This document shows positions 1 to 12,909 of a stretch of 64,000 bases of DNA, one piece after another (within the stretch, counting starts at the first letter, position 1; each line of letters opens with the position of its first letter). The position numbers and the translations under genes are program-made. Where the stretch lies: assembly GCA_030390025.1 (NCBI GenBank), contig CM059450.1, positions 16,802,001-16,866,000 on the forward strand. The letters are read 5' to 3'. The stretch comes from Squalus acanthias. Lineage: Eukaryota. The notes below the pieces were generated by a model. The model did not search any database, was not told where the DNA came from, and saw only the letters and a list, made by a program, of their open reading frames with translations.

Positions 1-44
1 CATCCACCACCACCCTCCTCCGCCTGGCTGAACTTGTTCTCACA

Positions 45-1270
45 TTGAACAACTTCTCCTTTGACTCCACTCACTTCCTCCAAATCCAAGGAGTTGCTAT
101 GGGAACCCGCATGGGTCCTAGCTATGCCTGCCTTTTCGTGGGATATGTGGAACATTCTTTGTTCCAGTCCTACTCAGGTCCCCTCCCTCACCTCTTTTTC
201 CGGTACATTGATGACTGTATCGGTGCCGTTTCCTGCTCTCGCCCTGAACTAGATAATTTCATTCACTTTGCTTCCAATTTCCATCCTTCCCTCACCTTCA
301 CATGGTCCATCTCCGACTCTTCCCTTCCCTTCCTCGACTTCTCTGTCTCCATCTCTGGGGATAGGTTATTGACAAACATTCACTACAAGCCCACTGACTC
401 CCACAGCTACCTGGACTACACTTCCTCCCACCCCGCTTCCTGTAAGGACTCTATTCCATTCTCCCAGTTTCTCCGTCTCTGCCGCATCTGCTCTGACGAT
501 GCCACCTTCCATACCAGTGCTTCCGACGTGTCTTCCTTTTTCCTCAACCGAGGATTCCCCTCTACTGTGGTTGACACGGCCCTCGACAGTGTTCGTTCTA
601 TCTCCCGCACTTCTGCCCTCACTCCTGCCCCTCCCTCCCGGAACCACGATAGAGTTCCCCTTGTCCTCACCTTTCACCCCACCAGCCTCCACATTCAACG
701 GATTATCCTCCGCCATTTCTGCCACCTCCAGCGTGATCCCACCACCAAACACATCTTCTCCTCACCTCCCCTTTCAGCATTCCATAGGGACCGCTCCCTC
801 CGCGACACCCTAGTCCACTCTTCTATCACCCCCAACACCCCTTCCCCTTCGCCCGGCACCTTCCCGTGCAAGCGCAGGAGATGCAACACCTGCCCTTATA
901 CCTCCCCCCTTCCCACTGTCCAGGGCCCCAAACATTCCTTCCAGGTGAAACAGCGATTTACTTGTACTTCTTACAATTTAGTATACTGTATTCGCTGCTC
1001 ACGATGTGGACTCCTCTACATTGGGGAGACCAAACGCAGATTGGGTGACCGCTTTGCGGAACACCTCCGTTCAGTCCATAAGGGGGACCCCAAGCTTCCG
1101 GTCGCCTGTCACTTTAATTCTCCGCTCCACTCCCACTCTGACCTCTCCGCCCTCGGCCTCTTGCATTGTTCCACTGAAGCTCAGCATAAGCTCGAGGAAC
1201 AGCACCTCATCTTTCGATTAGGCACTTTACAGCCTTCTGGACTCAACATAGAGTTCAACAATTTAGACCA
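45..1270 (+). CDS. PLE reverse transcriptase + GIY-YIG endonuclease (C-terminal part); ORF-track extension to 1544 is read-through into the pLTR
   Basis: YIDD, GIY-YIG and terminal GLNIEF motifs in one uninterrupted frame. Confidence 0.85.
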
Positions 1271-1572
1271 TAACCTCGGCCCCGATCATATATATATTTT
1301 TTATCCACACTTTTTGTTTGTGTCTTTTCTTCTCTCTCACATGGCAGCTGTCTTTCATTCTGCCAGCGCAATTTACACTTCATCTCGAGCCATCCTTTGT
1401 TCCGTAACCTGTCCCATTACCACCTCCTTTTGCCTTGAATATCCCTTAATGTCTCTTAATCTCGCCTGCCTTCTATCCTATCACAGACCTTCCCTTTTGT
1501 TCTTTCATCCCCTCCCCCATTTCCCAGCCCCTGCACTTGCTTAAAAATCTGTTCCATTTCCTGCTTTTTTCC

Positions 1573-1609
1573 AGTTCTGACGAAGGGTCATCGACCTGAA
1601 ACGTTAACT
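1573..1609 (+). ncRNA. Minimal (dimeric type I) hammerhead ribozyme motif in PLE pLTR
   Basis: AGTT-CTGACGA-AGGGTC ATC GACCT-GAA-ACGT-T-AACT: conserved core, stem II, palindromic stem III, stem I AGTT/AACT. Confidence 0.75.
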
Positions 1610-2465
1610 CTGTTTCTCTCTTCACAGATGCTGCCTGACCTGCTGAGTATCTCCAGCATTTTCTGTTTTTATTTTATATTATATAAGAGAAACACTGTAT
1701 TTTACAGCAGATAATCAAAAACATGCACTTCACTAACGAGATCTCTTATAAACTTCTTTCCAAATCACTTCGGCGGAGATGTGCACCCCTCTCCCCACAT
1801 CAACCCCTCCAGCAGCTAAGCACCCTCCCCCTCCACCTCCCCTCAATAACAGGGTAAGTTCTGAGTCAGCAGGAGATCTGCCAATATTCCAGCCACCACA
1901 CCCTGGACATCACACTTTGTTAGAGGTTGTAAAACAATCTTCAGATGATGCATGCTTCTTGCTTACAAATTCATACTGACAGGCACATCCCAGTCTCTGT
2001 AGTTCCCTGACCAAAATAACATTGGGCCGGAATTTGGGGTGGGTAATAAAAGTGACCTAATCGGAGGCGGTATCAGCGACGGCCGAACCTTGGACGAGTT
2101 CCAGAAAAACAAGGAGTGATGTCACAGGACAGCAGGCAGGTGATTGGTTGATGAGTATTAAGGTTTATTTTCCCTCTCTTTTCTCTCTAACCTCGGACAG
2201 TGGTTTAAACTCGGCGCAGGAAAGTACAAAGTACTGTATTAAATGTATAGCTTAACTAGTTAAACTAATTAATATAACTATAAATAATCGTTGAATAAAT
2301 ACTATAAGTAATTAAATAAAGAAAATAAGGCTAGTCTAAGATATGGCAGGGCAGGTTGTGTGTCTGGACTGCAGTCTGTGGGAGTTTGTGGACAGTGAGA
2401 CTGTCCCGAGTGAACACATCTGTAGTAGATATCTCCATCTCGAATCTCTCCGGCTCAGAGCCATT

Positions 2466-3222
2466 GGGCTGGATTTTGATACTGGGGCGGGTTGGGGTCG
2501 TGTCATCCGTATTTCGTGTTATCCACCCGACTGCAATTGGATGTGGGAGATTGATGCAATTTTCACCTAATTGGGCAATTGAGTTCCAGCATGTGGGAAC
2601 CCATGAACCAATTAGTGGTTTCAGTCTGAAAGTCGCCTCTGATGATGTCATCATTGCTGCTGCAATGCAGGTCAGAGACTGCCTGGTCTCAGAGACTGCC
2701 TGGCCTTTGCTGTGAGAGGACCTGGATGCAAAATGAGCAGCATCAGAGAGAGAGAGAGAGAGAGAGAAATAATTTTTTTTGCATCCAGGTCCTCTCACAG
2801 CAAAGGCCAGGCAGTCTCTGAAGACATTCAATGCAGCAGCATCAGAGGCGACTTTCAGACCTAATACTACTACTACCTTCATCACATCTCCGTTGTAATA
2901 GTGGACCTGCAGCTGATAGTCAGCTATCCACTTGTGCTCCCGCCAGGTTTCACTGGCGTGTTTCACATCAGGCGTACTTCATGTCAGAAAAGGGTTAAAC
3001 TAGCTAAAACTTTTCAAAATGGCATTACAGAGCCAATTTAGGGCTTGTTAAGGGCTTGAATGGCCTCTCCCGCCTCTTGGAGGCGGGACGGAGTCGGGAA
3101 CACCGTACACGATTTTATCAAAATTGCATGGAGGCGGGATCAGGTCCGCCCGCCACTTTTCGCAATTTTAACCCCCCACACGCCTCCAAACCCGCCTCCA
3201 CGGCCCTATGAAAATCCAGCCC
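2466..3222. mobile_element. PIF/Harbinger-type MITE
   Basis: TIR GGGCTGGATTTT...AAAATCCAGCCC, 3-bp TSD ATT; inverted sister copy at 15064-15821. Confidence 0.9.
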
Positions 3223-3327
3223 ATTGAGCTGGAATGTGAGTTGGAGACACTCCGACACATAAGGGAGGGGGAGGAATTTCTGGACAGTTTTATCCACAAT
3301 GCAGTCACATCCCAGAGGATAGCACAG

Positions 3328-3919
3328 GAGATAAATTTGGTGCCCCGAAAAAGTTAGCACCCCTGCACTGTAAGTTCAATGGTAGCGCCCCAAGCAGGAG
3401 ACGGGGCCCTACAAGTGAATATCGCGGCGCTACGTGCAACAGCGCCATGTGCGTCGGCACGTAGCACTGCAGTATTGCAGGCCTCCCTAGCACTGCGCGT
3501 ACCGGGGCCCTGCTGGACCACCGGGGAGCGGGTTGCCGGGAAAGCAGCCCGGCACTCAAGAGGAATCAAATAAAAAAGGGGTAGAGGAGGGCAGGTGCTG
3601 GCAGGCGTCCCAAAAAAAAATGGCCCGCCCGGCCCCTGTCCTTTAACTTGTGCCGCTGCGGCTGCAAAAACGCCCCCCATGACCCTGTCGGACATATTGT
3701 CTGGCGATTGGTCAGGGGGCGCAACTGAAGTTCGCGGCCGGGGCGCAAGCGGGACGCTGCACACAGTGATGACGTCATCGCCGGAGGCGCAGCGCCGCGG
3801 GACGCTACTGGCTACCACCGCCGCTAACCTCCTGCTGAATTTCGCCGGCGGTGTTAGCCCCGCCGCGCCCGGGCGCTAACGGCTTTGCGGGAGGCGCAAA
3901 GCAACCCGATCTTTCCCCC
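3328..3919. mobile_element. GC-rich Harbinger-derived MITE inserted in LINE ORF1
   Basis: Degenerate G-rich/C-rich termini, TSD CAG; LINE ORF1 resumes on both sides. Confidence 0.6.
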
Positions 3920-5915
3920 CAGAGGTTCAGGAAGGGGAGAGTGTGGCTGCTAGGGAGCCGGGTAGCGGGGATTTACGAGAGGTTTAGAAGGAGGTCCCGC
4001 AGACACTGATCCTGTCCAACAGGTACGAAGTACTCGCTATCTGTGAGGACAAGGAGAAAGACTGCAGGGAGGACAGTCACAATGCAGACCAAGGCATCGT
4101 GGCTCAGAAGGCTGTCCAAGGGGGGGAAGAGCAGAATAGAAATGTGGTAGTGATAGGGGACTCTATAATTCGGGGGATAGATAGCTTCCTCTGCAGCCAA
4201 GAATGAGAATCCCGAAGGTTGTGTTGCCAGGGTAAGGGATATCTCACGGCGGCTGGAGAGGAACTTGGAAAGGGAGGGGGTTAATCCAGTTGTCGTGGTC
4301 CATGTTGGAACAAACGACATAGGTAGGAACAGAGAGGAGGTCCTGCTGAAAGAGTATCAGGAGTTAGGCTCTAAATTAAAAAGCAGGACCTCGAGGGTAA
4401 TGATCTCTGGATTATTGCCCGAGCCACATGCAAATTGGCATAGAAGCAGACAGATCAGGAGAATTAACACGTGGTTAAAGCGCTGGTGTGGGAAAGAGGG
4501 GCTCCTTTTCATGAGACACTGGCACCAGTTCTGGGACAGGAAGGAGCTGTACCGATGGGACGGGCTCCACCTGAACCGGGATGGGACCCGTGTCTGAGCA
4601 GAAAGGGTAAATAGGGAGGTAGCAAAGGCTTTAAACTGGTAAGATGGGGGAGGGATCTACAAGAAACGTAACCATCCTAATTATAAACAAAACTGGAAAA
4701 GAGAGCATAGGAAGGAATAAAGTAAGGGAGGACATTGATGGCAAGGGAATAAATAGAGTTTTAGAACAGGAGTCTAAAAAGATGGTTAAACATAAAGTGA
4801 GTGAAAATCCTATTAAAAATGAGTTGAACTGTCTGTACAGCAATGCACACAGTGTCCATAATAAAACAGGGGAGCTGGAGGCAATCATGCGTTGCGAGGA
4901 ACCAGACATAGTAGGGATTACTGAGACATGGTTACAGAAAAATCAGGACTGGGAATTAAACATTGCAGGGTATAACATATTTAGAAAAGATAGAGAGGGA
5001 AAAAGGGGAGGTGGAGTAGCTGTACTTATTAGGGATAACATAATGGCAGTAGAAAAAAGTGACGCAGCTATCAGCAAGACAAAAATAGAATCCATATGGA
5101 TAGAGATAAAAGATAATAAAGGATCAATCAGACTAATAGGTGTAATCTACAGACCGCCTAATAGTGGAAGGGAGGTGGAGGAAAAAATATGCAGACAAAT
5201 TAGGGAAATGAGTAAAATACATAGAATAATAATCATGGGGGATTTCAACTACCCCGATATTAATTGGACAGAAGCGGTAGGTAAAGGGGATAAGGGAATG
5301 GAGTTCCTACAATGTGTACAGGACTCCTTTCTGACCCAATATTTAAAAAAGCCCAACAAGGGAAGATTTGCTATTGAATCTTGTAATGGGGAATGAACCA
5401 GAGCAGATAAGAGAAGTAAAAATAGGGGAACATCTAGGCAATAGTGACCATAATATAATACGCTTTAAGATGATAATTGAGAAGGACATAAGTATGACGA
5501 AAACCAGGGTAATAGATTGGAGAAAGGCTGATTTTGAGGGGCTGAGAATAGAACTTTGGAAATTAAAATTGGCAACAATATTGGCAAACAACGATGTAGA
5601 ACAGCAACACATTTAAAACGGTGTTCAACAGAGTGCAGGAACAATATATTCTGCTAAAAGGAAAGAACAAACTAAACAATAATGAGACTCCATGGATGAA
5701 TAAAGCCATAAGGGAACAATTGAGGGTAAGGGAAGAGGCATACATTAAATACATAGGCAGCAGGGGAGTGCATGATAAGGGAGAATACATAGAGATTAAG
5801 AGAGAAGTCAAAAAAAAATTAGGAAGGCCAAGAGGAACTATGAATTGAAATTATCAAGGAACATAAAACAAAATAGTAAAATATTTTACAGGCACATCAA
5901 TAAAAAAAAGGAAGG

Positions 5916-7186
5916 TTGCGCTGGTGCTGGGTGCGCTCATTTCTGCTGACGTTGCTCCCTCAGAGGATGCAGCATCCTCTGAGGAGTCCTCCTGCTCTTC
6001 CTCCTGGACAGTAGAGAGGGGGGCGCTTGATGGTCCTGTGGGAGAGGAAAGACATGAGTTAGACATGTGATACATAGGTTGCAGACACATCCCATTGTGC
6101 ACATGATCAGCACTCAATTTCTATGAACATCAGATCCCATATGAGTCACTCCTGAATGCCAAATCAGATGGTTGGATAATAATTCTGTCACCAGGTTGCT
6201 CTACTGAGCCCGTCTCTCCGTCCCCCACTTCAAGCTCAGCACCTCCAGCAATGTCGAGAGTGGCCTCCTCAGCGTGGGTGAGCTGCGCCACAGATGGTGG
6301 TCCTCCTCCTGTTCTCTCCCTCTCCCTCTTATTGTGGGCTCTCTTTTCCTGCAATGAGGGAAAGAAGTGGTGTTTCAGTGAGAGTGATGGAATGAGTGTG
6401 TAGAATGGATAGGATAGATGTTTAGAGGGAGACTATGATGGAGTGGGTTCCCATTACCAAGTTCCCTCCTTTTGAGTTGTTAGTTGTTGTCATTGCATAA
6501 CCTTGAGGGTGAGTGTGAGGGGGTGCATAGTTAGATGGGGAAGTGATTCTGTACATAGGGAGAGAGGGATGGGTGATGGTGCAAGGGGTGTTGGGTTGTG
6601 TTAGGATGTGCAGGGGGAGGGTTGGCAATGCAGAGTGATGAGGATGTGATGACAGGCACAGCAGAATTAAGGTCAATGTGCTTTTATACTCACTTTTCCT
6701 GAGCGCAGGAGATCATTGAACTTTTTCTTGCATTGGACCCAGGTGCGTCTGACCATGGCACTGACCTCCTCAGCTATTCACAGCCAGGCTGCCTTCGTCT
6801 GTTGAGGAGGTTTCCTTCTTCCATCTCCCGGGTATAGGATCTCCCGAACACCTCTGACTCCCTCATGGAGGGATTCCTCACTGAAATGTGGAACTGCCTT
6901 CCGTCTCTCTGCAGACATCGTGAGCAGCAGCAGTCAGGAGCAGCAGAAGCGACCTCAGATGCAATTGTGAAATGGTCCCCCTTAAATACTCCGGCTGCAA
7001 ACGTGTCAGCAGAGTAGCTCAGCAGACCCACACCTTGTGATCAGGGCGGGTAACGCGCACGGTGGGCTTAACGCGCCCAATTAGCGGAAAATTGTGTCAG
7101 CAGACTGGCTGGAGCCGGCAGCAGGTTCGGAACCCACCGTTTCACGTTCCCGACGCCAACCCGCCTGCAGGCAGGAAATCCAGCCC
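5916..7186 (-). mobile_element. Harbinger remnant carrying a decayed Myb/SANT partner gene
   Basis: Minus-strand pieces resembling RRTWVQCKKKFNDLLRS and EKRAHNKRERERTGGGPP with GT/AG introns; TIR end GGAAATCCAGCCC at 7174-7186. Confidence 0.75.
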
Positions 7187-7189
7187 ATG

Positions 7190-7650
7190 GTGCCAGCCGT
7201 GAGTCAGTGGGCAGCACTCTCGCCTCTGAGTCAGAAGGTCGCGGGTTCACATCCCACTCCAGAGACCTGCGCACAAAAATGCAGGCTGACACTCCCAGTG
7301 CAGTGCTGAGGGAGACCTGCACTGTCAGAGTGCTGTCTTTCGGACGAAACGTTAAACCGAGGCCCTGTCTGCTCTCTTGGGTGGATGTAAAAGATTCCAT
7401 GGCGCTATATCGAATAAGATCAGGGGAGTTCTCCCCGGTATCCCTCAACCAACATCACCAAACAGAACACCACAGATGATCTGGTCATTATCGTACTGCT
7501 GTTAGTGGGATCTTGCTGTGTGCAAATTGGCTGCTGCGCTTCCCACATTACAACAGTGACACACTTCAAAAGCACTTAATTGGCTTTCAAGAGCTTTGGG
7601 TCATCTTGAAGTCATGAAAGGCGCTATATAGATGCAAGTCTTTCTTTTTT
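7190..7650 (+). mobile_element. tRNA-derived DeuSINE-type (SacSINE1-like) SINE
   Basis: tRNA-like head, conserved central domain and L2-like tail (GAAAGGCGCTATATAGATGCAAG). Further copies at 18451-18900(+), 22770-23620(-), 33790-34250(+), 43795-44262(-). Confidence 0.75.
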
Positions 7651-7834
7651 TCTCTCTGCAAAAGCGAGGCACAGCATGAACTTTTCAATTTCACATGGTT
7701 AATGTTGAAAGAAAAAATTATATATTAAGTGATACTTGATCTCCCACAACTAAGGTTAGCAAATATAGCAAAAGAACCAAACACAGTTATAATTGAGGAT
7801 AAAAATGCTTCGTGGGGAATGAGTCAGCGAGGAG

Positions 7835-8327
7835 AGGAATCAGAGTGGGAAGGAATCAGAGTGGGAAAGAATCAGAGTGGGAAGGAATCAGAGTGGGAAA
7901 GAATCAGAGTGGGAAGGAATCAGAGTGGGAAAGAATCAGAGTGGAAACTAATCAGAGTGAGAAGGAATGAGACTGGGAAGAATCTAGAGTGGGAGGAATC
8001 TAGAGTGGGAAGGAATCAGAGTAGGAAAAGTCCAGAGTGGGAAGGAATCAGAGTGGGAAGGATCAGAGTGGGAAGGATCAGAGTGGGAAGGATCAGAGTG
8101 GGAAGGACACAGAGTAGGAAGAAAACAGAGTGGGAATGAATCAAAGTAGGAACGAATGAGAGTGGGAAGGAACTAGAGTGGGAAAAATCCAGAGTGAGAA
8201 GGAATCAGAGTGCGAAGGAATCAGAGTGGGAAGGAATCTAGAGTGGGAAGGAACTAGAGTGGGAAGGAATCAGAGTAGGAAGAATCCAAAGTGGGAAGGA
8301 ATCAGAGTGCGAAGGAATCAGAGTGGG
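7835..8327. repeat. 16-bp minisatellite (GAATCAGAGTGGGAAG)n, left half
   Basis: Direct tandem units; same array continues at 14340-14990. Confidence 0.95.
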
Positions 8328-9529
8328 AGTGAGGAAATGGCAGAGAAATTAAATAAATACTTTGTTTCTGTCGTCACGGAGGAAGACACAAAAAACCTCC
8401 CAGAAATACGAGAAAACCAAGGGTGTGGTGAGAATGAGGAACTTAAAGAAATTACTATTAGTAAAAAAACAGTACTAGCAAAATTAATGGGACTAAAAGT
8501 CGATAAATCCCAAGGACCGGATGACTTATATCCTAGGTTTTGAAAGAGGTGGCCATTGGGATAGTGGACGCATTGGTTGTTATCTTCCAAAATTCTATAG
8601 ATTCTGGAACGGTTCCTGCAGATTGGAGGATAGCAAATGTAACCCCGCTACTTAAGAAAGGAGGGAGAGAGAAAATGGGGAACTACAGATCTGCTAGCCT
8701 CACATCAGTAGTTGGGAAAATACTGGAATCTATTATAAAGGATGCAATAACTGGGCACTTAGAAACTAATAGTAAGATTGGGCAGAGTCAATATGGATTT
8801 ATGAAAGGGAAATCCTGTTTGACAAACCTATTGGAGTTCTTTGAGGATGTAACTAGTGGAGTAGACAAAGGGGAACCGGTAGATGTGGTATATTTGGATT
8901 TTCAGAAGGCCTTCGATAAGGTCCCACACAAGAGGTTGGTGAACAAAATTAGGGCACATGGAATTGGGGTAATATACTAGCATGGATTGAGAATTGGTTA
9001 CAGAATACAAAGGGGGAAAAATTCAGTTGGTTGCGCCTCCCGTTAGCGCCTTAAGAGGGCGCTAATGGGGCGCAAAGCAACTAGCGCCCGGGTGCAGCGA
9101 TGTTTGCGCCGCTCACGAAATTAACTAGACATTTTGCGGCGGCGCTAAACTTTACCGCCGCGATCTCCTGCGCACGCAGATCTTGACGTCATACGAGGGT
9201 GCAACGCCCTTGTGGCGCCCCGGAGCGGAAATTGAGTGGCGCCCCCATCCTTTCCGCCTGGCGCAATCAACGACCGGAAGACTGGAACGCTCCCCAGTTG
9301 CTGTGGGGCTGGGGGGGCGCTTTTAAAGGGGGTCTCTTCCTGTCTTTCTCTGTGGTAGACATTTTTGCACCACTCGTTCTGAGAGAGAGAGAGAGAGAGA
9401 GAGATTCGGAGAGAGAGAAAGAGAGACTTCTGCATTGAGTCAACGCTGTGTGAGGTAGTTTTGGCTACTGAGCATAACTTTGCAGGTACTTTGGTTTTTG
9501 ACCTTCATAACTTTGATTGCCAAGAGACT

Positions 9530-10765
9530 ATGGGGGCTGCAATAATTGGGGGGGTCGTCCTGCGCCACCAGAATCGGAGGACACAGAGACGCAGAGAGAG
9601 AGTGGCAATCATGGCCAGACGGAGGAGGGCCAACAGACCTCTGTACAGGAGACCTTACCCTCCCAGGGTATATCGCCAACAATTCACATATATTAATATG
9701 TCTGAGGAGCAGTGTTTGCGAAGGCTGCGCTTCAGCAAGGAGGTAGTCACTGAGCTCTGCCACCTGCTGCAGCCAGATCTGCAGCCTCAACTGAGGTCCA
9801 GGACGTTTCTGTCGGTGGCAGTGAAGATCACAGTGGCTCTGAACTTTTATGCCACTGGCTCATTTCAATCAGCTACTGGGGACATCGCCAATATCTCCCA
9901 GTTCGCGGTGCATTGCTGCATCCGTCAGGTCACAAATGCCCTCTTTAAAAGGAGACGAGAGTACATCTCTTTCCCCATGACCCCAGACAAGCAGCAAGAA
10001 CGTGCAATGGGCTTTGCTAGGATAGCGGGCTTCCCCATGGTGCAGGGCGCCATTGACTGCACGCATGTGGCTTTGCGTGCTCCGCATGAGAATGCCGAGG
10101 ATTTCCGCTACAGAAAGGGGTTCCATTCCTTGAATGTTCAGTTGGTCTGTGACCACAGACAGCTGATACTCGCTGTCAATGCCCACTATCCTGGCAGCTG
10201 CCACGATGCATTCATCCTGCGCCAGACTACTGTGGCAGAACTTTTCGAGGCACCGCATCAGCCAGTTGGTTGGCTTCTCGGGGACAAGGGGTATGCATTG
10301 AGCACCTGGCTGATGACACCGCTCCGTACGCCCAACACCCCTGCTGAGCTGCGGTACAACGAGAGCCATCAAGCTACCAGGAATATCGTTGAGCACACAA
10401 TCGGCGTGCTCAAGCAACGGTTCCGCTGTCTGGACCATTCTGGAGGAGCCCTGCAGTACTCGCCTGAGCGAGTTTCCCACTTCGTAGTTGTGTGCTGCAT
10501 GCTGCATAGCCTGGTAATCCTCAGGACCCAGCCAATGCCACCAGGCCTTGGAGCACCACCAGAGGAGGAGAAGGAAGAGGAGGAGGATGATCATCAGCAG
10601 CACCAAGGCGGGAGGGAGGCCCACAATGTAGAAACTGGAAGGGCCGTCCGTCAACGGCTGATAGCAAGCCGCTTCTGGGCCCCTGCTGAGGAAATGGCTT
10701 CTGCCATTGAGAACAACATGAATGAAACCAACCCGCAACCCCTAAGCCGGCCAAGGCAGCAATGA
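9530..10765 (+). CDS. Harbinger DDE transposase (HARBI1-like)
   Basis: Open 411-aa frame from ATG 9530 with GAIDCTH, KGFHSLNVQ, LLGDKGY, RNIVEHTIGVLKQRF. Confidence 0.93.
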   Translation: MGAAIIGGVVLRHQNRRTQRRRERVAIMARRRRANRPLYRRPYPPRVYRQQFTYINMSEEQCLRRLRFSKEVVTELCHLLQPDLQPQLRSRTFLSVAVKITVALNFYATGSFQSATGDIANISQFAVHCCIRQVTNALFKRRREYISFPMTPDKQQERAMGFARIAGFPMVQGAIDCTHVALRAPHENAEDFRYRKGFHSLNVQLVCDHRQLILAVNAHYPGSCHDAFILRQTTVAELFEAPHQPVGWLLGDKGYALSTWLMTPLRTPNTPAELRYNESHQATRNIVEHTIGVLKQRFRCLDHSGGALQYSPERVSHFVVVCCMLHSLVILRTQPMPPGLGAPPEEEKEEEEDDHQQHQGGREAHNVETGRAVRQRLIASRFWAPAEEMASAIENNMNETNPQPLSRPRQQ

Positions 10766-10989
10766 TTCCAAAGACCAAACATGTACATTTTGAATACAAA
10801 AACTGATTTATTTTACAAACTCTGTGTGTGTCATTTCCTCATGACAAACTAATAGAAAGAAACACAAAAACACAGTCATTAACATAACTGGTTCTCACAA
10901 CCTGGAGATAATGTTCAAAACACTAAACAAAAGTTTGACCACGAACCTCGGCCTTTAATAAAAAAATGACCAACATTTTGTCACACCTC

Positions 10990-12909
10990 CTACTTTTTGC
11001 CCTTCGAGGGTGATCTCCTTCCCTTGCGCACTTCCCCCCTTCCCACCCTACTGCTCCTCCGTAATGGGGCCCCAGTGGCTGCAGCAAGGCTGGTGGAAGG
11101 CTGCTGATTGTCAGAACCTGAGACTGCAGATGCCCTTGAAGGACGGCCTCGACCAGCTCTGGGCCTGGAGGGCCCGGCTGCAGACTGCACCAACTCTGCA
11201 TGGACGGCAGCAGTCTAGGTTACAGGCGGTGGCAAGTGTAATGGGGAAGTGACAATGGTGGCAGCAGGAATGCTGTCATCTTGAGAGAGGACAGCAACTC
11301 CCTGCTCGACCGACACACTGGCACTCCCACGGGTCAGCACTTCAGCATCCGGAGCAATCTGCTGGAGCACAGATTGCTGGCCTGCTGCGGCGCGGTGAGA
11401 ACCCCGGGGAAATGTTTCCGAACCAGCGAGGATGGCAGCAGTCAGTGCTTGCATGGCCTCAATCTGAGTCTGCATGAGAGCAGTCAGAGATGGGGTCATG
11501 GCAGCCATTGACTGAATTGCAGCACTAAACATTTGCGTGGCATCCGCCTGTGCTACAGCATAGTGCTCCACACTCCTTGCCAGTGATTCAATGCATTCGG
11601 GCACCCTTCCCACTGCACCCATGAGCTCAGTGTGCATGTCCACCGCCTGGGTGTTCATTTCAGTGATGAGCCACTCCTCCTCTACGTCCAGTGCAGCAGG
11701 ACTCGCTGGCATACTCTCCCAAAGGCCCCCGAGCTCCCCTACCCCCATCGCGTTGCTGCAGCCCGCTGGGTCCTGGAGCTTCACCCTCATCAGACCCTTC
11801 CCCCCTGCTCCCCTCCAGGGAAGATGTGTTCCCAGTGTGGGCATGGGCTTCCTCAGGAGAGGGTGGCGCTGATGCTCCAGCTTCCTCTTCCTCCTCGCCT
11901 GCGGCTTCACTCCCACTGGCAGCTTCAGGGCCCGTCTCCTCAGCTGGTGAATCACCATCTGAAAGCAGGGAGGTACAAGAGTGGCTTTAGCATGAGGACA
12001 GGGTGGCAGTAAGGGAGGAATGAGTGCAGTGATTTAATAAGTTGGATTGAAAGTGTCAAAGGCTGGTGTTGTGAGGGACAAGTGGAATGAGAGAGGAGAA
12101 AAAGGTGATGACCTTACCATTGCTGTCCAGAACGGGGTCGGCCTCTCCAGTGGTGACGGGACCGATCACCCGGCTTGCCACAATCCTGTGGACGCGCGCC
12201 TCAAGATCGCTGAGGGGTTGCAGCTGAGGCCGCCCTCCACCCGTCCATTGCTGCTGTCTCCTATTATGAGATAGCTTGGCATGCAAGAAAAAGGACAGCG
12301 CCTGAGTAAATATACAGCCATGGTCTTGCCTGATGTGCCTCCCATAGGTGAATAGCCCTTACTGTATGCAGCCATGGTCTTGCTTGATGTGCCTCCCATA
12401 GGTGAATAGCCCTTACTGTATGCAGCCATGGTCTTGCCTGATGTGACTCCCATAGGTGAATAGCCCTTACTGTATGCAGCCATGGTCTTGCCTGATGTGA
12501 CTCCCATAGGTGAATAGCCCTTACTGTATGCAAAGTGTGGAATGTGCGTGTATGTTTCATGAGAGGGCCATAGGTGTTGGATGAATGTTGGGCATTGGGG
12601 TTTTAAGACCCTCTGGCCATAGAGTGAGGTTGAGATGGAGGGATGGAGAGGTATTGAAAAAAAGTCACTCACCCTGACGACCTGAGTGAGGTTGTTGAAC
12701 TTGTTGCGACATTGAGTATGGGTCCTGGGCACCATGCTCCTGGAGGAGACGTGCTGAGCCACCTCCCTCCACACTCTTCTGTAGTCGTGCGGCAAAGGCC
12801 TCCTGCCACTCTCAGGGAAGAGTATAGATCTTGTGTGCTCCACCGCGCCAACCAGAGCATCCAAGGCCCGCTCGCTGAAGCGCTGAGCTCGTTCTCTCAC
12901 CCTCTCCAT
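10990..12909 (-). pseudogene. Harbinger Myb/SANT DNA-binding protein gene (exons ~12909-12673, ~12280-12118, ~11958-10990), apparently disrupted
   Basis: RFSERALDALV...WREVAQHV...RTHTQCRNKFNNL (MSANTD-like). Intron-1 acceptor reads CAT instead of CAG; exon 3 needs frameshifts. Confidence 0.75.
12315..12532. repeat. 54-bp tandem repeat x4 in Myb-gene intron 1
   Basis: CAGCCATGGTCTTG... recurs at 12315, 12369, 12423, 12477. Confidence 0.95.

Larger units (their letters stand above)
1..1672 (+). mobile_element. Penelope-like retroelement (Neptune-type), 5'-truncated by window edge, with 3' pseudo-LTR
   Basis: ORF 45-1544 has RT motifs (QIQGVAMGTRMGPSYA, FRYIDDCIG), a Cys-rich linker (PCKRRRCNTC) and a GIY-YIG endonuclease (NLVYCIRCSRCGLLYIGETKRRLGDRFAEH...GLN). 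Downstream pLTR contains a hammerhead motif. Confidence 0.92.
2100..5915 (+). mobile_element. CR1-clade LINE, 5' part: 5'UTR, ORF1 (Zn-finger/coiled-coil + SGNH esterase) and ORF2 AP-endonuclease; decayed, split by two MITEs
   Basis: ORF1 start MAGQVVCLDC...ICSR (2343); esterase motifs VVVIGDS, VVVHVGTND, DGLHLN; ORF2 motifs VGITETW, IYRPP, MGDFNYP, SDH; frameshifts and stops. Confidence 0.88.

Noticed and set aside
9530-10765. Domesticated HARBI1 host gene
   Set aside because: Intronless ORF inside TIRs, inserted into a LINE and paired with a Myb gene: a transposon copy
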